Below, one piece after another: positions 24,445-36,794 of a stretch of 64,000 bases of DNA (the stretch's first letter is position 1; each line of letters starts with the position of its first letter). Origin of the DNA: Lama guanicoe (Eukaryota); NCBI GenBank assembly GCA_013239625.1, contig MU054001.1, positions 2,114,151 to 2,178,150 on the forward strand, in the 5' to 3' direction. A model generated the notes under the pieces. It was not told the origin of the DNA. It ran no database searches and was given only the letters and a program-made list of their open reading frames with translations. Position numbers and translations under genes: made by a program.

Positions 24445-26564
24445 TCCAAGGCAAGCTCTTACTTCTATCAACAAAAGGAGAGACACTTGCCTTCCTCTTT
24501 CTAGAAGTCTGCACTCCGATTTGCCTTCTGCATGGGAAGTAGAAGCCGGCCTATGGAAGTCACCTTGTAACTCTTTCTCGATTAGAGTTGGACCGTGAAG
24601 GTGAACCTTCCCAGCATAAGCCCCAGTCTGTGTCCAACCCCACTGCACATGTCCACCCAGATTGACAGTACTGGGGAGGCCCTTCCATTTCCCAAAAGGT
24701 TTGGAAAGCAAGACTCCCCTTTCATGGGCTCTGCGTGCCTCCAGCCACAGCTCTGCCATTTAGGCTGCCTCCTCACACCCCCCATTACAACAGGAGACAG
24801 AAGAATACTAATTTCTTTTCTGCGTGGCACTTAAAATTCTAACTCTGAGCCAGTTCACATCACCGGCGGCCTGGTTATTAGACTGGTGTCAGTAACACCT
24901 CGGGTTTCATCATATCTCTGAACTGTGGTGTATTAATTAGGGTCTCTGACGCAGCGGTTAGTGAGAATTCTAAAGCACAATTAGTATTAATAGCTGCTGT
25001 AATTGACAAGAACACTTTTGTGGCTTCTCTGAGACGCTTTGTCCCTTCCGTTGAAAGCCGCGACACATGGATGTGTAATCAGGGGAACCTGCGGAGGACA
25101 GAGGACTACTGTAATTAGAGTGACAGGTTACAGACTGAGCTCTCAAACGAAGACCTAGAGTTAACAGCGCCTTTATCCCCTGGTCCCTAATCTACTGGTA
25201 TTATTTGCATGACTATAACCCTCTCCAAGATTCTGCAGATGTTCTATACGACTGATATTTACTTTAAATATATGTCAGATATCAAAGAGGTAGAAGAGAG
25301 GTTAGATTGCAGTTTGTGCGTATGAAGTGGTGGGTGGCTCAGGCCAGTGACATTATTCATCTTTTGATTTCTGCACTAGTCTTTATGAATAGAAATAAGA
25401 ATATGACCCCCCGGAGAAAACACCACTCACCAGGGAAAAGTCTGTTGTAAGCATGTATTTGATGCAGTAGGAACCTCTGTTTTTCCCCTTTCACGTTCAG
25501 AAGGAATGAGTCAGTGGTCATTTTCTTTTATGACCCAGCTGTCCTCACATGCTCACGGAAATGGTTTCACATCCTCTTGTTGTTTAACTCGTGTCTTTTT
25601 GTGTGTGAGTAAGGAAAGGGTGAAGAGGGAGGAATGGGGAAGGTGAATCGTGAGCATCATAAAACATGGTTTTTGGAAATTTTGAATATGAAAAACATCT
25701 CCAAGTTTTTTCTTGAAAAGTCACTGGTACTCAATTTCTGTTTTCCTTTCTCTCTCTGTGTTTCAAAGTACTAGCGCCTTGTTAGATTTTTTTTCTATGC
25801 TTCTTGGGCACAATATATAGCTTTCCTGGTTCCTTCAGGGGATCATATGTTTTGGTAAAAAGTGAATTGGGCTAATAGTTAGGAGCCTTGATTTTGACCT
25901 TCAAAAATGACTTTTCTTTTCTGGACCTCAGTTTTCTCATCCATAAAATGAATCAATTATTCTCATGGATTTTAAGGCTCCACTCCCACTGGCTTGATCT
26001 ATGATTTACATAATGATGATGCTCTTGAGATAAATGTTATGTCCCACCTGAATATAATGTCAACTCTTGGAATGAAAGGCAAATAGAGAAATTTGGAGGG
26101 AGATTTAAGATTAGTAAAGTCGGGGATAGAGACCAGGAAGTAAGAATTCTGGGAAGTTCACTGCCCACAAAGTGGTACAAAGGGGAAGACGACACCTTCA
26201 AGGAATATTTAGTTTTGGGCACCAGTGCTTTTCTGCTACCACACAGCACAACTGGAATATCCAAGAAAAATCCCAGGCCATCACTCTGAGGGTATTATGT
26301 TTGTTTATTTGTTTATTTATTTATTTATTTACTTATTTCAGTGAAAATTTACTAGGTGGACAACCTTTCAGTCCAAGTTTTTCTTTCTTTCTTTTTTTTT
26401 TTAAATTGTTCTAGCAATGAGTTCACAGGATTTGGTTAAACAGAGTGCTTTGTGATTTTTAAGATAATTGAAGAAGTTAGCAGAGGAAGTGAGAATCAGG
26501 TCTTAAATGAATATAGCCGTCCTTAGCAATCCTTACCAAATATTTCGAACTCTCTGTCTTCCCA

Positions 26565-26905
26565 AGGCATGGTAGGGTGGTACTTCTTAGTCCCCTCATA
26601 GTGGGATGGGGACATGCACCAGCCCAGGTCAATGAGTTATAAGTGAAAATAGTGTTTGTCTTTTCCAGGTTGGAACATGACCTGCCTGGTGCAAGACCTT
26701 CCAGAGTTCCCTTTTCTTGTGGCACAGTGACCAGCAGGATCTTTGGAGGGTGGGGGTGCCTGCTTCATTTGCCCATATCTCTGAGCGACTACAACAAATT
26801 GTGCTTCTCTACTGACCTGTGATGGGTGTGTATCGTGAGTTATGAGGAGTGCTGCCAGAAGTCCCTGAGCTTTTGGGGTTGCTTGTTACCAGTGCCTTTT
26901 CTGAT
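26565..26905 (+). mobile_element. Old MLT1 (H/I-like) LTR fragment
   Basis: GGTCAATGAGTTATAAGTGAAA and GAGCTTTTGGGGTTGCTTGTTACCAG motifs. Confidence 0.55.
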
Positions 26906-26971
26906 GGGCATGGTCACTTGGAGACCTAGTTTGATGCACACACCACAGACACTGTTTTGTCTGCAGATGCA

Positions 26972-27469
26972 AGTCTTAGTCAGGGTTCTTCAGACTAATA
27001 GGATGTGTGTGTGTGTGTAAATATTTATTACAAGGAATTGGCTCATATGATTATGAAGGCTGAGAAGTCCCCAAAATCTTAAGTCAGCAAGCTAAAGACG
27101 CATGAGAGCCAATCTGAGTCCAAAAGCTGGAGACCCAGGAAGGCAGGTGGTATAAATTTCAGTCTAAAAGCTGACAGACTCAAGACCCGAGGAGAGCAAG
27201 TGTTTCAGTTTGAGTTGGAAGGCAAGAAAAGAACCACGTTCCAGCTCAAGAAGTCAGGCAGAAGGAGTGCCTGCTTATTCAGTTTTTGGGTTTTACTCAG
27301 GCTTTTAATGGATTAGATGAGGTCCCACCCACACTAGAGGAGGGCAGTCTGCTTTACTCAGTCTGCTGATTGAAATGTTAACCCTCAGAGACACATCCAG
27401 AATAATGTGTGACCAAATATCTGGGCAGTCCATGGCCAGTCTAGTTGAGACATAAGATTAGCCATTGTA
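26972..27469 (-). mobile_element. MLT2 (ERVL) solo LTR
   Basis: TTAGTCAGGGTTCT, AGGAATTGGCTCATATGATTATGAAGGCTGAGAAGTCCC and ACACATCCAGAATAATG; flanked by AGATGC direct repeats. Confidence 0.9.
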
Positions 27470-28299
27470 AGATGCCTTTGAGCCTTTGTGGGACACAGAT
27501 TCATTCTATGGTGAACAAATCAAGGAGCCATTAGAGAGCAATGGAATTTAATGTTAAAATCGGTCCATTTGACAGTATAACCCCAAAGGTCATTCCATGG
27601 ACAAATATCTGTGGCTTATATGTAGAAGTCTTTTACTGACTCTATTATAAGGTCACCCTTGCAGACAAGTTTCTAGTTGCTAGTGATGTTCTGAAAATAA
27701 TGAAACATATCAAAATAAAGCTTTAGTTATGATACTCTGGGAAAAAAAGTCTCATTATGTAACTTCCTCTGTTTAGGTGCCGATGTGTGGTTTCAGCTCA
27801 TGTCTTTCTGGGGTCCATGGGGGTGCATGTAGCCTTGATCTGGGATTTTTTTCTCTCTCTCATGCTCTTTTAGAATAATGGGAAAAATCTTTATCTCCTT
27901 TTTAGACTGTCCTGTTATTTGGGCCCCAAAGTTGACTTTTTTGGGCAAAATTTTGCCAAGAGGATGCTTCCTTGGGGAAACAAAACAAACCCACTATAAA
28001 CCTCAAGATGCCTACATTGTCTCACTGTGGCTATTCCCTTGCGTGTGTTCCCTCCAGTCTCCAAAGAGAGACTGGCTTTCAGTGGACTTGGAAAGAGTTT
28101 CAAAAGAAGGCTTAACTCTTAAGGCTGAGATTAGGGCTTTAGCGTCTAAGGCAAAAACTGCGTATAATCAAACATTTCCTTAAAAATATTTTATATTCGC
28201 TGGGAAATTATAGCATCCATGGTTTGGGGTATACAGTATCACACCTTAATAATTGAGCATGGCCATATTATCCTTGGAAAGTTGGAATCATGGTTTCTT

Positions 28300-28476
28300 T
28301 CTTTTTTTAAAATATTTTTAATTTACTTATCATCATATTGTTTAATTATTTTATTTTGGCTGAGGGATGGGGGAGGTAATCAGATTTATTTGTTTTTGGA
28401 GGAGGTACTGGGGATTGAACCCAGGACCTCATGCATGCTAAGCATGCATTTTACCAATTGAGCTACACTCTCCACC
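28300..28476 (-). mobile_element. tRNA-Ala-derived SINE (Vic-1-like)
   Basis: GGAGGTACTGGGGATTGAACCCAGGACCTCATGCATGCTAAGCATGC...GAGCTAC; perfect 17-bp TSD TGGAATCATGGTTTCTT (28283-28299, 28477-28493). Confidence 0.95.
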
Positions 28477-31350
28477 TGGAATCATGGTTTCTTGAGTTGA
28501 GTAGATCTTGAGTTCCTTGAGAAAGAGTAGTTGGCTTAAGTGTCAGGACCACACTACTTTAAAAATTCTTTTTTTGCCCTCTGAGAACATTTGACTGACT
28601 TTGTGGAAACTACATGTTGGTATACAGGGATTTCACTGCCCTGTCTATGAGGTATGGCTGACATTATTAGCATAAGAGAAGCTCATTTTAGTACCCAGTG
28701 TGGGCTAGCACACAAGTTTTGAAATTCTTGGCATTCTTTCGTAGACTTCTGCCCATCTTAGATATCCCTAAAGGTCGCAGAACAGCAACCCCAAGGAAGT
28801 GCTCTAGTGGCAGATTTTCAAAAATTAACTTGGAGCTCAACTCCTTGCTAAATGAAAGCGATTAAAAAAGATTTCAAGCATGCAGTCCATGACTGTGGCA
28901 GATGGTGTAAGCTAGTACATTATGTCAAGGAATCCATGTACATTTTTGCAACCATTTACAGCTCTTGGTACATATTAATACTCCCAGAATGCTGTCATCA
29001 CAGGAGCCTGGCCAGCTGACCCTTGTCAAATGTGCCATTTCTTTTTCATTTCCAAAAGTCTTCATTGCACTTGCATTTTTCTATCCTCTCTTAGGAGATT
29101 CTTGTTCGGAGATTTTGTTAAGAATTCAAGGCATTCAAAATTACTCTTTAAGAGTCTCTTGTTTCATCCATGTTCTCATTTGTCTGGGGTGGATGTTAGG
29201 CGCTAGGAGGCTTTATTCCCTGGCTGCTCTGTCTATTATGGGATGGCTTCCTCCTCCATGCAGTAACATCTTAAGGAAGGCAGAGGCAATGTGGGCCCAC
29301 AAATTTCAGTTTATTGGCCCCACAGTGATTGCAGTCGTGGGGAGCACACACCTTGGTAGACCAGCTGGTCCCAATCAAACTCCTGAATCCAGGCAGGTCC
29401 TTATGATGTGGTGGGTTGTTGTGTTAGCAGAAGAAAGGTCTAAGACCTGAGCTTGCACTGACCCAGAAAGATGAACAGTCATTGCTCACTCACTCTTCTT
29501 TGTTGGAGTAACAATCTTCATTTGTAGAATGCCTGGGGAATAATGTAAAAATGTCCCAGCTGGTGTCTAACATCCAGCTCATCTCTTACTTTACACAAAG
29601 GTGTTTGGTGGGTTTTGACAGTTTTGCTGCAAGGCTTCCTTGAATGTGACTATTCTTACCCATACCTGAAGAACCACTGAGGCCTAAGCCGAACAGCAGA
29701 GACCTGCCCTCTAGTCTTATTTGGGGCATAAGCAGGGCCAACCAGGAGATGGTAGGCAATCTCAGACATTTCTTCAAACTTCTTGAGCTATTTGGGTTCC
29801 ACTCTAGCCATTGGAAGGAGTTCTCCCAGGCAACCAAGAATGGAAGATGAGGCTGTCACATCCTCAGGGTTACACCTGAGTCAGTCTTAGCTGGAAAGTG
29901 GCAGCAGGTAACAATGAGGCTGAATCACAGGTCGAGTAAATAACCCTGGGGATCTCCCATATATTTGAAGAGAAGCCTCCAGGAAAAGACTGGACTTTGG
30001 ATAACCTAGGCATATGGGGACTAGGATTCACTATAATTTGAATATTAAAAAAATGTAACTTAACAGATACCAGGTCCTTTGATCTTTCTCCCTAGCTTTC
30101 TAGCATGTCTAGAACTCATTACCACATCTTCTGTCCTGGAGGTCATCTCATTTCAACAGTAGAAGACACAGGCTCTGGATGGCTCTATATATCTGCATCT
30201 CAAATTAGTCATAGATAAGACTGGACAGCCCAGACATTGTGAAATGAACCAGCACATTGCTGACTCTTTCGTACCTTTCTTTTGAGACCTTGGTGACAAG
30301 TTGATGCCTGGTGGGTGGAAGTTATGTTTTTCTCTGAAAGAAATGAATGGCCCAACTGCCAGTCATCCAGGGGAATGATTAATCATAGGGCAGAAAGTGA
30401 GAAAGCTCCGTATACAGAGCTGGTAATGAAGGACGCAAAGTTACAGAGCTCATCCTGGGCACTCGTTCTAATTGTGTTACCTGGAGCAGCTCTTGATGGG
30501 AAATGGATCAAGGCAGTCAAGCTTAGACGGGCAGAAAGGAGGGGAAAAGCCAGCAGGTGCCTTGTGAGAGGGTGGAGCCCTGAGAAGTTGAGGCGAATCC
30601 TCACCCCGAGGGAAAAAGCAAGATAGACAAGAAAAGCGCAGCTGACAAACAGAACCGTCTTCTCCGTTTTGCTGCGGGCCCGGCTTGGCATCAGCAGATA
30701 AGCCCTGGAACATCTGTTCAGTAGATACCTGCTAGATTATTTGTTCTATAACTCACACCTCGACCAGTCACTTGTAATGACAGCTCCTTATCTGGTTTCA
30801 CTTGGGAAAGGAATGAAGCACAAAGCAAATGGAATTCATTGGGAAGGCAGGTCACCTTTCTTTCACTGTTCTTTAGAGAGTCCTGACCCCACTCCTGAGT
30901 GTCTAGGGCCTGCATTCCTCAGAGATGAGTAAGGTGGCTGCCCATGAGCTGAGCTTTCAGCCTACCTGGAAAGCCTTGCTCTCAGCAAAAAATATCTCCT
31001 ATTCCCAGTTGCTTAAGCCATCCCCATGTTATTTCTATGGGTTAAGCACTGTGTGTCCTAGAGTCCCCAGTAAAAATGCAAATATCCACAAATAGGTAGT
31101 ATGCTCAGGTGTTGGCAGCTCTCAAGGAGGGCCTGGAAATTAGTTTAACCCTGAGTTTACTTAAGGGGGCTTTTGCATACCCCTCGTGGTACAGAAGATG
31201 GTTGTAAGTGGTACCGACACAGTCTTAGCCTGTATTTTATTTTATTGTCTGTTTTCCTTTTTGCAGTCACTTTTTAGTTAAGGCAAGTGGGCCAGTTAAA
31301 GATACAAAATTTCTTTTAAAATAATCTTATTTAATTAAAAAAAGGCAACT

Positions 31351-31485
31351 GGGTGGGGAGGATATAGCTCAAGTGGTAGAGCACGTGCTTAGCACGCACG
31401 AGGTCCTGAGTTCAATCCCCAGTACCTCCTTAACAAAATGAATAAATAAGTAAACCTAATTACACTTCTTATCTAAACATTTTTT
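31351..31485 (+). mobile_element. tRNA-Ala-derived SINE (Vic-1-like), least decayed copy
   Basis: GGGGAGGATATAGCTCAAGTGGTAGAGCACGTGCTTAGCACGCACGAGGTCCTGAGTTCAATCCCCAGTACCTCC; TSD AAAAAAGGCAACT on both sides. Confidence 0.95.
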
Positions 31486-32521
31486 TTAAAAAAGGCAACT
31501 TGAAGAAAAATATCACATTATGTATTTTGTAAGATAGATATACAAGGACATGGAAAATACCCTGAATGACTCTGAGTTTGGGAAACACTGGTTTAACAGC
31601 TCATCTTATTTCATAGGCAGATGGGAAGGCCCTGTGATCGGGGTGGGTGAGGCAGAAACAAGGTTATAAGTTCTTGTTCTTGGATAATTAACTAATTATG
31701 GGTTCTGAAAACATTTCCCATGCCTGATTCATCATGGGGACCAGGTGGACTAAAGGGTGAGACCCCAGTTCTTGCTCTGGCTCTGCTGTGACTGACGGGT
31801 AGCCAGTTAGGTTCTAGATAAGCAAGAGCCCACAGCACTTGGCTGAGCAGAGCTGTGTTTGTGCATCAGCTTCCTCCCCAAGGAACCTACAACTGAGGAT
31901 CAGTAGACCATCCCCTGGAGTGTCCTTCCAGAAGAGCGGCCTGGGAATGACAGGTGATGTTGGAGATTAATGCTGGGGCCAGACATGGGACAGTGGACAT
32001 GTCTCCAAGGCCAGGACTGGAAAATTCCCCAAAGGCCTTGGGACATGATCATAGGTGCTTGTAGTGCTGGGAGGCAGGTGCACATGAGCTGACTCTGCTC
32101 ATCTTAGAGTATAGCAGCCTAGGTTTTTCAGAACTTGATCCCCTTGGGCACCAGCTCTTGGCTTTGAAGAGCAGGTGCAGGATGGTCAGCTGCTTGAGGG
32201 CAGATACTGGCTTGTCTTGCTCACCAGTCTTCCCAAACCTATGGGCACATTTTCTGAATGAATGAGTGAATGAACATCTGTTGAAAGAAGCTGAGTTAGA
32301 TAATCTTGAGAGGGTACTTTGCCTCTGTGTCTTCATTTGTAAAAAATAATCTTACTGTTGGCTAAAGCATACACTCTGTTCAGTTTGCCTCATGAGGCTG
32401 TTGTGAGATCAGATAAGCAGTGTTGGTAATAATAGCTTATTTTTTGAGAGCTTACTGTGTGCCAGCTACTGTACCAAAAACTTCCCATGGACTGATCCCA
32501 GTTATCCCTGACGGAGGTACC

Positions 32522-32708
32522 CACTTCAGCACGACACTTGTGGGACCCAGTGCAAAATAAAAAATGCAAGGCTCTTTGTTCAAAAATTACTAAGAATTTC
32601 AAGATGGTGACTGCAGAGTACTAAACCCAGGGTGAGGCCCTGCAACCTGCAGTTGGGAGGTTCTGTGCCACTGCAGATGTCACTCACTGGTCCATGGAGC
32701 TGGCCCTG
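32522..32708. mobile_element. MER45A-like hAT-Tip100 MITE, inserted in a MIR
   Basis: TGTGGGACCCAGTGCAAAATAAAAAATG...TTGTTCAAAAATTACTAAGAATTTCAAGATGG...GCTGGCCCTG. Confidence 0.8.
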
Positions 32709-32968
32709 ACCGCAGTCCCCCATTTGTGGATGATTTAACTGAGGTATAAAGAAGTTCAGATTCTGGCAAAGTCACTGTCTACTAAGAGGCACACAGGATT
32801 CGTATCTTGGGAATTTGAGTCAAGAGCCCAGATTTCTGGCCACCAGTGTGTAATATCTTCCTGGGGAGATAGGACATACAGGAAAAAAGCACTGCATAAA
32901 TTGTGTCTTTTTTTTCCCTCCCAAATCTAAAGGGGAAGCCTTATAAATGCAGACCAGAAAAGAGGTGC

Positions 32969-33251
32969 AAGATGAGTAAGTTCTGGGGATCTAATGTACA
33001 GCATGGTGATTAGATTAATAATACTGTACTGTACATCTGAAATTGGATAAGAGAGTAGATCTAAGTGTTCTCACCACACACAGCCCCCAGAAGAGAACTA
33101 TGGGAGGTGATGGATGGGTTAATGAACTTGATTGTGGCATCATTTCACAGTGTATACATATATTAAACCATCACATTGTACATCTTAAAAAAATCACCTT
33201 GTAAAATGTGTATAGTTTTTGCCAGTCATACCTCGAGCTGGGGAAAAAAAA
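32969..33251 (+). mobile_element. L1MA-type 3' end
   Basis: AAGTTCTGGGGATCTAATGTACAGCATGGTGA...AAGAGAGTAGATCT...CATCACATTGTACATCTTAAA, then an A-tail. Confidence 0.88.
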
Positions 33252-34091
33252 GAGGCCACAGCAATGAGGAAATTTTTGAAAACCACTTCCTCCCAGAAGC
33301 CGTAGCTGCCACCAGCAGGCCGGAACTGAAGGAACTCCCAATTCTTACACAGGGCACCCTCTCCTCACACTGTCTTCCAGCCTCATTTAGGTACTAGAAA
33401 CATCTCGACAGGTTTGAGGCCATCAACTTGAGTTTACAAAAGGGGAGGCCATCCCTAATCAGGGTGATTGATATCCCCTGTGAATTGTCTCCGAGCTGCT
33501 CTGGTGGCAAGGAAGGAGCTAGAAGCCACTAGGGTTTTGAGAAGGCTCTCGGGGCAGAAGGCAGGCAAAGTGTTGGAAACGAAATTGGAAACTGACAGTG
33601 AAATATGGACCTGGAGGGCAAAGCCAGTTTGCCAAAGGCTCCTGTGAATCCAGTAGCCAAGAAGCCCTGGTTTGTCTCGTCATAGAGGGTTCTTCAGTCT
33701 CCCACCCTGCCACCTCCCAGGGGAACAGAGCCTAACCCTATGACTCTCTTCAATGGCCCTGCTTCTGTGCTGACACCCTTCACCCCTCACTTGAATTCCC
33801 ATTTGGGAAAGAGAAGTGCTGTGTTTAGGGAAATTAAATACCGAGTGCAGTTATAGCTGAGTTTAGAACATGACTTCAGTGCAAGATGTACATGAGGACT
33901 TCTTTTTAATTCTCTTGGCAATGAACAACTCCATTAACCCAAATTAAGGCTGTAGAGGCTTAATATTATAGCTGAATGGAGACTACCCTACAGGCAAGTG
34001 GTGTGCTTGAGAATTCTCCATCTCTCGCCGTTCACTGGGAGGAATTTGACAGTCATCTTGAAGGCAGAGGGGGTAGAATCAGCACCTAGAC

Positions 34092-34312
34092 CAGGAGTCA
34101 GCAGATTTCTTCTGTAAAGGGCCAGATAGTACTTATTTTAGGCCTTGTGAGCCATATGGCTTCCGTTGCGATCACTCAATTCTGCTGTTGGGTGAAACCA
34201 ACCACAGAGAATATGTAAATGAATGAGCATGTTTGTGTTTCAATAAAACTTTATTTATAAAAACAGGAGGTGGGCTGGATTTGGTCCATGGTCCATAGTT
34301 TGTCAACCATTG
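34092..34312. mobile_element. MER58A (hAT-Charlie)
   Basis: CAGGAGTCAGCA...TCTGTAAAGGGCCAGATAGT...CATAGTTTGTCAACCATTG; 8-bp TSD ACCTAGAC/ATCTAGAC. Confidence 0.92.
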
Positions 34313-35774
34313 ATCTAGACTTCCCTTTTGGAGGTCTCAAAGTTGAAAGTACCTGAAGATTACAGGGGTGGATTTAGAGAGACAACAGGGGTTTAAAGGA
34401 TTTTCTGAAGATGATTTTGATTGTATATAATTTGCAAAGACTTTGTTCTCAGCAGCCCTAGCCTAACATACTGTTATATGTGATTAATTTTTTAAAAAAT
34501 ATATTTGAGAGAATTGGGTTAGATAGAGAGCTTAGGTAACTTGTCCAAAGGCATCCAGCTAGGGAGTGATGGAGCTGAGGTTTGAACTCTCTGCATTTGC
34601 CCATCTCACAAACATCTAGAATTGACTGATCTGGAAATGACTTCTCTTTCAGGACAGTGCTTCTCGCAGACTACTGCTCACTTAGGTACCTGATAGGGAC
34701 TTCTTGGTGACTGGAATGATGTGATTAGGAGGAAGGATAGGAAGGGTGTCCACTAGGGGAGGGTACCAAAGGCAGTATCAGCCCCCACTCACCCATCAGT
34801 TCCTATCCTCTTCCAACTCCCCTCTCCCCCGCCTCCCTGCAATATAAATCCTTTGAAATATGGTAGTGCTTTCAGTGGACCTGGACATTTTTTATGAGAT
34901 GTCAGGATCATATTTGGCCAATGTCATGTATTCCCATTTCTTGACAAAGTATGATGTCAGTTAGAAGTTCATGTTCTTGACATTGTTTCGAGAGCCCAGC
35001 GTAAAGAGCCAAATCTGTTTTTACAGGCTCTCACGGCAGGGAAGCAGCCATGGTAATGCATAGCCATATCAATTAGAAGTGGATTAATTAAGTAGTAAGA
35101 CAGGAGCAGCAGTGCATTTCGGAGAGGTTATTGCACGGCTCATAGAGTGTTGCTAAGGCACCCAGCCAAGAGTTGAGTGACTTCCACTGGCCAAGGCATT
35201 TCAGCCATCCAAGACGTGTAATTTTCTCCCAGAAACAGTATCCTCTGCCATCCATTTCCACTGCGAGAAATAAAAAGACCCTCTTATTAACTAGGTGTTA
35301 TTAGGCATGGGCAAATTGACAGCCATTTCATTATTTCATAATTATGATTAATGGCCTTCCCAATGAAGTCATTGTCCGCTATCCCAAAGCCAATTGGTCT
35401 CTTTGGGGATAGTGTCACCAAGTCATGGTTAATGTTCCTAGAAGCATGGAATGCATAGAGTGTCACAAGCCCTGGGAGGGGAGGGTGAGTCCTAATTGCC
35501 TTTGGAAACTGTTTGCACAGGAGACAGACCTCTTCTTGGGGAAAGTAAACTCTGAGGAGGCCAAGAGGGGTAGTGGGTGCATGAATGTGGCGATGGGAGA
35601 AGCAGAGGCAAGAAGAGGCAGGGTAATAGCTGCCCTGAGCCTTTAAACATACTTTACTCTCTACTAAATGCATTCACATGGATTTCTCATTTGAGAACCT
35701 TAATAACTCTTTGAATTATTTTTTTATACTAGGCATTCCAGAAATATAAAGAGAAATCACGAGGTTACAGATAA

Positions 35775-36713
35775 TATTACAGGCTGAGTTGCATTGCCCT
35801 CCTCCCCCCTTTATATGTTGAAGTCCTGACCCCTGGTACCTCAGAATGTGATTGTATTTGGAGACAGAGTTTTTAAAGAGGTAATTAAGTTAAAAAGAGG
35901 AAATGATGATGGGATCTAATACAATATTGTTACCCAACTCAGGTTCGGCTGCTCCATTGCTCAAAAGCCAATAATTGGAGTGGCAAGTGTCAGGAGAAAG
36001 GGAAGGTGCTTTAATCAGAAAAGCTGGTCACCTGGGGAGATGATAGACTCGTGTCCGGAGACCAACTCCAAAAATTCTGCTCAGTCATGACAGTTTTTAA
36101 AGGGAAAACTGGGGGGAAGAATCTGAATGAATCATCGAGGCAGGAGGTTGGTTTCTGCCTCCTTCTCCATTGCGTGCAGGCTGGCTGACTTTCTTTGGAT
36201 GTTCTCTTGGTCATGTGATCTGCCTGCAGGATTGCTATGGGGGCTGTTGAGAGTAGGGAGCTCATCATTCTTTAACTTCTTAAGTCTTTATTCTTTTCCT
36301 TATGTAGGAAAAGAATCAACAAGTTAGGAAAGGCATGGCATACACTCAGGGGAGCATGTCAGGAGTTAGTTTCAATTATTTAGTGAACTCATTCTTATAA
36401 TTAGATTATTTTAAGGTTAGAAGAGGACATAAATGGGCAAACAGGAAAGGGCAAAAGAGCTGCTTTCAATATGATGGGTGTCCTCATAGGAAGAGGGAAT
36501 TAGGACGCAGACAGGTACAGAAGGAAGACCATGTGAAGACACAGGGAGAAGACAGCTGTTTCTGAGCCAGGAAGAAAGGCCTTAGAAGAGACTAACTTGC
36601 CAATACCTTCATCTTCGACTTCTAGCCTCCAGAACTGTGAGGAAATAAATTTCTGTTGTTTGAGCCACCTGGTCTGCGGTACCTTGTTATTGTAGTCCTA
36701 GCAAATTAATATG
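35775..36713 (+). mobile_element. MLT1A/B solo LTR, split by an ERV LTR
   Basis: ATATGTTGAAGTCCTGACCCC...ACCTCAGAATGTGA, resuming after 36472 to CCTCCAGAACTGTGAGGAAATAAATTTCTG; TSD GATAA/GATAG. Confidence 0.9.
35928..36468 (-). mobile_element. ERV1-type solo LTR (541 bp)
   Basis: Minus strand TGAAAG...GGTAACA, exact 4-bp TSD ATAT (35924-27, 36469-72), ATTAAA about 80 nt from the 3' end. Confidence 0.85.
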
Positions 36714-36794
36714 GATAGAAATGAAATAGAACCCAAGGTAAAATGTGATCAGAGCTACAAGAAAGGGTGAATAAAAGAGATAAAATACAGTAAA

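Noticed and set aside
28965..29450. 161-aa ORF on the + strand
   Set aside because: Non-ATG start, no recognisable protein motif and no convincing splice context; consistent with chance.
31351..31430. Genuine tRNA-Ala gene
   Set aside because: Imperfect acceptor stem, SINE tail and TSD show a retroposed SINE; the same applies to the other four copies.
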